A stretch of DNA of 64,000 nucleotides, taken from contig OZ231126.1 in the NCBI GenBank assembly GCA_965153355.1, positions 34,968,001 through 35,032,000 on the forward strand. Reading direction: 5' to 3'. Made by a program: the position numbers and the translations under genes. Position 1 is the stretch's first letter, and every line of letters starts with the position of its first letter. Shown here in pieces: positions 55,826 to 64,000 of this stretch. Below the pieces are notes generated by a model. That model was not told the DNA's origin and ran no database searches. It worked only from the letters and a program-made list of their open reading frames with translations. Source of the DNA: Flaccisagitta enflata. Taxonomy: Eukaryota.

Positions 55826-57286
55826 TCATTATTAATGGTGAATTAATTATGTAACATTCTTTATATCTTTAGTTTTGTTTTCAAATGATCACTAAAAATC
55901 CATAATGAGTAAAAAAGATTGACAAAAAAGTGACACCAATGACAACAATATTAACGCCTCAAAAAACGCCATATAGACGCAAAATGGCGTTACGTTGCCA
56001 TGGCAAATACCGGAAATGGCGTTATTACAGAAGTCGTTATGCAATGGGTTGCTTGTGAGGTCATTTGGGATGCCATATAAGGTGCTCAGGAACTTCATCT
56101 CACAATACTCTAACTATGATTTCACAGCCAGTCCCCTATTTGATTATAAGATATTTATGAAATGCTGCTAATACCTAAAATTAGCAAAAATCATCATTTT
56201 GCAATGATTCTGGAGGGTCAATACTTGCAAAATCTCCTGTATCATACCCTAAATGGGTGATCACATGTCAGGTTATACATATTTGAATGAGTTTGATGAT
56301 TTCTTGGTATTTTTTTAAGCAACTGGAAGCATAACAAGCTTAAAATTTTTTTTTTCTTCCAAAATGCTTTCATTACAGTAATTTTGGCTCGCCCTTTCAA
56401 CTTTGATCTGTGAATCTGATCACAGGAACTGTTTTATCAAACCTAGAAAAATAGCCAATTTTGGCGATTTTTGAGAAAAAAATTTTTTTTTAAGGGGTCG
56501 CAGTGGCCAAATTTTTTTTGAAAGCAAAAATTTATCAGTTACTTTGTTTGTATATGAAATCTTAAGAAAAATGGCAGACAAAAAAAATTTCATAAGAAAA
56601 AATGTTTTTTACCAAAAATCATCAAAATTTTAAAATCTCATAATTCCTTCAAAAATCAACTATGACTGTTGAAATTTTGCATACACATTCTAGGTTTTCA
56701 GGACTACTATCATGCCAAAAATTATCATGTTAAGCCAATTATTTTGGAAAATATAGCTATTTTTTATTTTATTGAAATTTTTGTTTTTTTAGTGTTGTTC
56801 CCTTAAAAATTGGCCAAAAATATTTTTCAAAAAATTAAATTTGTAGCACTTGGCATTACCTATGGGTAACATAAAAGACAAATTTTGAAATAATTTTTTT
56901 GGCCTACGGTAACAATTTTAAGAAAATTTTTTTTTTGACAACCAAAAACAAAAATTGCCCGGAACAGCTCCAAACCCTTAAGGGGGGTGGGGGTACTATA
57001 GGTGCACACCACAGATAAATTTCAGATCCCATATCCTTGTAATTGGAGAGATATGGCTTCCCTCCTTATCACCAGTTCTTTCATTCTGGTACTGTATCTT
57101 TGCAGTCTTTTACCTCTGTACTACCCAAATGCTCAAGCGAACTCAAACATGACCACTGCCCTACCACACGCGACTGGGGTAGCCATGTATTTGGCCTTGT
57201 TCCAGTTGTTTTCGAGTGGAAATTTTCTGATATTCAACTTAAACACAAGAGAATCAATTCATTGTTCCAATTAAAAGTCCCCTTAC

Positions 57287-57363
57287 CATTTTTCAATAAT
57301 CAAACTTATAGTAGTAGAAGTTTATATTCATGAAATATAAAACAGTAGGCGAGCCGCGCAAGA
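57287..57363 (-). pseudogene. ABCA: ABCA exon with two in-frame stops: SCAARLLFYIS*I*TSTTISLIIEK
   Basis: Donor gtaagg; acceptor ctgcagag (phase fits only with the second AG). Hydrophobic helix at the expected position; phase 2 end fits the next exon. Confidence 0.6.
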
Positions 57364-57523
57364 CTCTGCAGATTATTAGGTTGTATAACTGCCAATTGGG
57401 CAAACATAGCCTAATACAGATCATCGAATTGCGCAGGTAAAAAAAAACGGTTCAGAGTATCAATAAAAAAAACGAGAAATTACTAAAACACTATGTTTAA
57501 CATTCAAGAAAAAATTGAAAATA

Positions 57524-58002
57524 CAATGGAATCCCACCTTAGTGGCACCTCTATTTAAGGGATATCCGCATTTAAGAAACAACCTTGTCTGGTCCCGAAT
57601 TTTCCCAGGGTTTTCCAATGTTAAAGAAACTCTTTTTAAGGAACCTCCATTTAAGGGATAATCAGATTTAAGAGTCAAGTTTTTTTGAAAAAATCCATCA
57701 TGGCAGGGGATATTTGAAGTGAATTTGAGGTTTTTTTTTTTCAATTTACATTTTGAGATAATTTTCATGGAAAAATCTGTTTAGAAATAATTAGATATTT
57801 TTTGTGCCATGAATATCCTCAAGTTAATTATTGCTGATGAATATACTTTAAGCATAAGAATGTGGTTACACTGTGAATTTTGTAGTTATTAGTAACTAAC
57901 ATAAAAAACCGTAGTAAATCAATGAATTCAATTTAAGGGATTTTGGATTTAAGAGACAAAAATAGTCAGCCAGTAGAAATCCCTTAAACCGAGGCTCCAC
58001 TG
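57524..58002. mobile_element. pogo-like MITE, same family as 27652-28271
   Basis: TA|CAATGGAATCCC...GAGGCTCCACTG|TA. Confidence 0.8.
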
Positions 58003-60019
58003 TATAGAAAAATTCCCATCTGCAAGTGACTACTTATTGGCCGTGTATCTGGTCTTGTTTAATTTCACTACCCTAGTCGCCAACCTTTGCTATTGCTTCA
58101 AGACCACTTGAAAGTGCGAAAGGCGAAAATAATGCTGAAGCTACCCGTGTTGCATTTCCTTTAAAGTTGATGGCAGCCACTTCGTCTTCATCAAATGCCA
58201 GAGCTCTTGAAGAATGGCACACAGAAAATTGAGGTTTCTTTAATGGTAAATATTTACCTAACTATGCTCTTAAATATTTGCCTTAATGCAAGCCCTTTTT
58301 TGAAAGTTATCAAAAATTACCTGTGGCAAACATTCATTCAAAACTGGTGGTACTTGTATGACAACAACAAAAACAACAATAACAACAACAACAATAACAG
58401 CAACAACAACAACAAAGATAACCAGTCATCCAAGGATCGCATATGCTCAGTGGTACCCTTTTCGCTGCTCAATTGCTGTCCTTAGGTAGTTGGCAGGGCA
58501 ATATAGTGGGCTGATGTAGTACTGAACACAAGAGTAAATTTTCAGGCAAGGAAAAGAGGACAAGAGCCAGAGAGGGGGTTTTGAGAGGGTTTGTTTATGC
58601 CTTAGAAGGCTGATTTCAGGCCTGATCTCAATCTGAAGTAGGGCTTAGGGCTGATTTCAGGCCTGGAAGGGCTGATTTCAGGCTTGCAAAAACTACTTTT
58701 AGGCCTGAGAGGACTGCTTTGGGGCTCGGGAGGCCACATATTAGGTCTCATAAGGCTGGATTGAGGTTTCAGACCTTGGGGGAATGTAATGAAGGACAAG
58801 CGGAATTTCTTCTAATTCTTGTCAAAAAAAGGAGAATATTTGGCTTTGAACTAGCAACATTTTTTGTGTGCCATACTGAATAATTGAGATAATTATTGAT
58901 GGTATTATAAAAAAGATAATGTTGTAGCCCTGTAAAAAAGAACAGAATTTTGGGGTACAATGAATGTTCAAACACATAGGTATATTTTGTCCATTTTTGG
59001 GGTCAATCTTACACGCTCTGTCCAAAGCCATAGGGGCCATTCATAAAGAATTGATTTTTATCCATAATGTATTTAGAACCACTCAGGACCAAAAGAAACA
59101 CCTGTCATATTTTTGGTCCGCTCAAACCTTTTTCCCATAACCTAATACTGATGGACACTTTTTGGTCTTTAGTAACATCTATGTATGATGAAATGTGGGG
59201 TGTATATAATTGAGTCGCTTTTGATTTCCCCCCCCCCCCTGCCTATGATTTACTTCCTCACGACACATTGCATCGCGTTACAAAATCTATGATTTTCTTC
59301 CCCATAAAGCAATTAACAGTGTTTTTAAGGTTAAATAGTGTTAAATTGTGTTTTACTGATCAAGTTTTATGATTTGGTACTGTTAAAAGTTATACTTTCC
59401 CCAAATTTTCTTTTTATCTCTTTTTCCCTTCTTCCTCTCCCTTCCCCTTCTCAGAACCCTTTGAATTCCCCCCCCCCCCCCAATTATATACAGGCCTGCT
59501 TTTTCCTCTTCAAGTAACAGTTGAGGTTATTTGAAATTCTTCTTTGGATACATTGTTCCCATTTTGAAGGATTTTATGCATTTTAGTCGCGTGCTACGCG
59601 ACTCTATAAGTCACTTTTTGGTCTGTCCACAACTTGTTTATTTAAAGGCTTTTTAAAGTATTTTCATGTCTCAGAGTGGTTGAGAAGGAACTTTGTGGAG
59701 TAAACAGGCATATCATATGTCTTCTAGAAAAAAAATGTTTGTGTGTCTGTCTGCCTAACTTTTTTGAAAGTGCCGACGCGACTTAGGTCTAATGACCTTG
59801 CTTTCTGATTTCTTAGAAAAATTGGTCCTTTTCTCAGTAGTGATGCCATTTTTTAAATTGAGTGGCTTTCAATTTTTTACCCCCTCCTTCCTTTGATTTT
59901 CTTCCCCGCGACATGTTGCATCGCGTTACAAAATCTATGATTTTCTTCCCCACAAAGCAATAAATCAGTATATTATAGGTTTAAATAGTGTTAGATTGTG
60001 TTGTAGTAATCAAATTATA

Positions 60020-60346
60020 CCTTTTCCTGTATTTATCGCCCCCCCTCCCCTTTTTAAGAAAGAGAGAGCTCATGACATACTTTTACTTTTGGGAAAAATT
60101 CTTTCAAATTTATTGTAAATCATGTTGTTTAATGAAATAAAGAATATAAGAATGGTATGCAATATGAAAATATTCTTTGTTTTAGTGCTTTATTGCATTG
60201 AAATATGAAATTTTTGTTCAAAACATTACGTTTCATTTAAATCATCTATACATGAGTGTACGAGGGGGCGCTAATTGCAGGTTGAGAATAACAATGTTTC
60301 ATTTCAATTTCAAAAGCGCCCGGGGCGCTAATTACAGGAAATACGG
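60020..60346. mobile_element. Tc2/pogo-like MITE
   Basis: TA|CCTTTTCCTGTATTTATCGCC...GGCGCTAATTACAGGAAATACGG|TA. Confidence 0.75.
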
Positions 60347-61172
60347 TATACCTTTTGGTACTACCAAAAGTGTAAAGTCTACATTTTTTTTCTTTTTTTC
60401 AAGCATTTGATTTTTCCCCTTTTCCAAGCTCCACGGGGGGGGGGGTGTGTATCCACTAACACTTTTATAAGTCAAATTGTTACTGGATACACCCGATATG
60501 TACATCTGTATCATGTTCTTAGCTAAAGGATGCCTATTGATAAACAATACCCATGGAAAAAGCAGGAAAATGGGAGGTTTTTGGTGAAATTTCGCTTACA
60601 CTTTTTTTCTATTCTTTGAGTTCAAATTATAGGAAAGCGAAACAGGAAAATTTTGCATTTTCAAAAACATAGTTTTCTCTAAAAATAATTTGGGAAGAGA
60701 ACTACATTGTTTGCTGTTTCTATGCAAACTTAAAATTACAACCAGCCCCATGTCGGTGGAAAAAAAAACCGAATTTGTCTCATCTCAATAACTTTTTTAT
60801 TGTTTTTCGATTTTCACTCTTTTATTTTTTCCCATTTTGACCCAAATTGATACCCTTATTCCCTAAATGTTACCTTTGTGGGTACGCTATCCTATCCAAA
60901 GTTTTGAAATGGTTTGGATAAGTGAGTATATGAGTGAAAGCATATCCTATACAGTTTTAATGGAAAACTAGGAGTGGTGCGCGTATTAACTGGTCAGTGA
61001 GGGTTCTCTTCCATTTACATCAGCTTGGGTATAGTAAGGGATATTGTTCCCCTTGTCAGACTCTTTGTTGCACATTTTATAGATTTGTCTAACACAGATT
61101 GGAGGGGGCAGCCCCTAAATACGCCGCATGAAACTGACGGGTGTTGGCCTTTTTCACTTCATTGTAACTTAC

Positions 61173-61272
61173 CGATATTGCCATGACGCCAATGGTGGGA
61201 TTACTTATGAGATAAGAAATTGCATAGACAAAAGGAAGCTGGGCCAGTCCAAAAAGTAGAAACAGTACATAC
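61173..61272 (-). CDS. ABCA: ABCA exon: YVLFLLFGLAQLPFVYAISYLISNPTIGVMAIS
   Basis: Acceptor tttctttttcag, donor gtaagt, 100 nt; phase matches the previous exon; ABCA motif LLLxG...P..Y..S. Confidence 0.9.
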
Positions 61273-61701
61273 CTGAAAAAGAAACATCAAAAAATCATTA
61301 TGAGATGAAAAGCGTAAATGGAATTGTAACCAAATGAAACTGTCAGGGCAATATCTATATCTTTGGAGAAGCAGGGTCACTGCCAGCCAGAACACGCAAT
61401 GAGTTGAGGTAGAATGATTGTCTTAAGACAGCAGTCTTCCAAAGACACATTTGTGTTTCATCAGGGGCCAAAACTGAAAAATAGAAATTTGTAAAACTGA
61501 ATGATTACACTAAAATAGTCAAGAGAGATATTTCATGCATGATTTGCACTAAACATCAAAAAAGAACCTAATTCAGATAAAATTGGTAAGGAAAATTTAC
61601 TGCAAATTACTAAGAATTTCTTTTTTAGTCACATGCCACGCGACTCTTCACCCCGCTATGTCGGTTCATCGGTCTGTCAGTCGGTTGGTTGGTCAGTCCC
61701 A

Positions 61702-62589
61702 TTTTGGGCAGCGGTCCTGAAGGGGCCGATGACCTATGCAATCACACAGGAGAAATTATTTCTCCTCCTCCTCCTCCTCCATCCATCCACCCCCTTATGA
61801 CGCCTAAATCCCAGCCTCGAAGCTAAAATCCCAGCCTTGAGGCTTGAATCCCAGTCTTGATGCTCAAACCCCAGCCTTGAGGCCTAAATCCCAGCCTTGA
61901 AGCTAAAATCCCAGCCTCAAGGCTCAAATCCCAGCCTCAAGGCTCAAATCCCAGCTTTGATGCTCAAATCCCAGCCTTGAGGTCCAAATCCCAGCCTCAG
62001 GGCTCAAATCCTAGCCCTGAGGCTCAAATCCCAGCCTGGAGCCTCAAACCCCAGTCTTGAGGCTCAAATCCCAGCACCGAGGCTCAAATCCCAGCCGTGA
62101 GGAGCAAATCCCAGCCTTGAGACTCAAATGTCAGCCTCGTCGCTCAAAACTCAGTCTCTTAGTTCAGATCCTAGCCAGGAGGCTCAAATCCCAGCCTGGA
62201 CGCTTGAATCCCAGCTTGGATGCTCAGATCACAGCCTGGTAGCTTGTATCCCAGCCTGGAAGCTCAAATCCCAGCCTCATGGCTCCAATCCAAGCCTCAA
62301 GGCTCCAATCTCAGCCTCAAGGCTCAAAACCCAGCCTCAAGGCTGAAATACCAGCCTCAAGGCTCATATTCCAACCTTGAGGCTCAACTCCCAGTCTTAA
62401 GGCTTAAATCCCAGCCTTAAGGCTCAAATCCCAACCTTAATGCTCAAATCCCAGCCTTGAAGCTCCAAACTTGCTAAGCATAGGTCATCGGCCCCTTCAG
62501 GGCCACTGCCCCTCTTACCACCACACATCCAAATATACTCTCATGGGGGCAACGGGTACCGCTGACCATCTAACGCTTTTGTGACTATT
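61702..62589 (+). mobile_element. HINE family B2 with ~33 copies of a 20-bp repeat, inserted in a HINE A
   Basis: Unit ggctcaaatcccagccttga at 61800-62462; the HINE A halves rejoin at a T run. Confidence 0.85.
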
Positions 62590-63317
62590 TACTTTTTTGG
62601 CGTTTTTGAGCTTTTTGAGCTTACAGCTCCTGCCCAGATGCCCTAGTGACCTTCTCCAGCACTGCCCCTGCCCACTAGGGTAGCCCTGTATCCGGCCTTG
62701 TTCAGTGACAGGGGGCCTGTTGAAATTATAAAATGGAAATGAAAGATTAAGAAACATAGTTCTCCTCTAAAATTGTTTACAGAGAGAACTATGTTTTTAA
62801 AAATGCAAAATTTTCCTTCATTAGAGAGTGCTATAATTTCAACAGCAGCCAAAAATGAAATAAATGTAAAATTTCACTAAAAACCTTGATTTTCTTGCCT
62901 ATTTTCATGTCAAAATTACATAGTCAAAATTACAAAATTACATAGCATCAAGGCTAGGATTTGAGTCAGGGGGGGACGGACATACGGAGGAGGAGGAGGG
63001 GAAGAAAATTCCCAAGATGTGTGAAAGCATAGGTCATCAACCACTTCGGGGGCCACTGCCCTGCTCCCCCTTCAACTTCAAGCACAACCTACTTAGGCAG
63101 GGCAAGAGTACCGCTGACCATCTAACAAATTTGCAACTGTTGTTTGTCATTTTGACCATTTCTGCCTTAATATTGGGTTGCTTTGTTGTTTTTGAGCATT
63201 ATCTTTTGTAGGAGCTTCCTCTCCAGAAACTCTTAATCATTGTTGTGTTGTTGTGGTTGTGGCTGTTGTTATTGTTGTTGTTGTTGTTGTTGTTGTTTTT
63301 GTTTCTGCACAACTTAC

Positions 63318-63463
63318 ACATGTTCTAGTCCCGCCATGAGAAGAAATTTATTGTCGGCAATGAAAAGTAAGAGTAATACCAAAATGACAGGAAAATGGTA
63401 AAAAAGTAAATCCCAAATAAAATTTGATGACCAGTATGCGAACATCCACAATCCAGAAAGAAT
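63318..63463 (-). CDS. ABCA: ABCA exon: ILSGLWMFAYWSSNFIWDLLFYHFPVILVLLLLFIADNKFLLMAGLEH(V)
   Basis: Acceptor tttgttttag, donor gtaagt, 146 nt, open frame; matches the ABCA TMD2 motif SG....YW.SNF.WD. Confidence 0.9.
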
Positions 63464-64000
63464 CTAAAACAAAAATGAATGATTTCATGACATTATTTGA
63501 CCACGCAACTATTAGCATTATTATTATTTATCCGTCCGTCCGTCCATCCGTTGGTCGGTCCGTCCCCATCATACTTTTGCGGTGTTTTTGAACATTTTGA
63601 GCTCAGAGCTCCTACCCAAATGCCCCAATGACCTTCTCCATCACTGCCCCTGCCTACCCGCAAGGAACTAGGGTAGCCATGTATCCGGCCTTATTATCAT
63701 TAATACTACCATTATCATTTCTATTTCTGTTATCATCATTATGATTATGATTATCATTCTTTCTATTATGATTATTTTCATTTTTAGTCGCGTGCACGCG
63801 ACTCTACAACCCGCTCTGTCGGTCGGTCGGTCGGTTGGTCGGTCCGTCGCACAGTGGACCGTGACCCTGAAAAATTCAATTGGTATTGTTTTGGGGAGTA
63901 GTAAATTACCATAACATTCTCACAGTTTTAAAGAAACGTCATGGAACGTCAAGCCCTAATGAGGAAAATAAACCCATACTACGGTAGCTTTCACTTAGCA

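Larger units (their letters stand above)
47685..57094. mobile_element. 9.4-kb element with ~690-bp TIRs, CAGTA ends and TA TSD
   Basis: 47685-48373 is inverted at 56410-57094; it splits one HINE A (47600-47684 and 57095-57203). Confidence 0.9.

Overview
AT-rich, repeat-dense animal (invertebrate-type) genomic DNA; the species cannot be identified from sequence alone. The host feature is part of an ABCA-subfamily ABC transporter gene on the minus strand. Eight short exons between 63463 and 21351, none of them annotated as a gene in the ORF track, splice with compatible phases into the second transmembrane domain (ILSGLWMFAYWSSNFIWD...LLFGLAQLPFVYAISYL...VFDWDACGYILFCLAIQ). Three of these exons carry stops or frameshifts, so this is probably a pseudogene, or an error-prone assembly. 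The 2-11 kb introns and the remainder are filled with nested transposons. These include at least six families of Helentron-type non-autonomous elements (HINE/DINE-1-like) whose terminal inverted repeats co-vary, many MITEs (TA, 8-bp and 9-bp target duplications), an Academ transposase relic, R4/Dong, CR1/L2-type and probable L1/Tx1 LINE relics, a 71-bp satellite, long microsatellites and a recent 395-bp inverted duplication. Nearly all ORF-track entries are repeat artefacts. All family and protein assignments were made by eye from remembered motifs; no searches were run.
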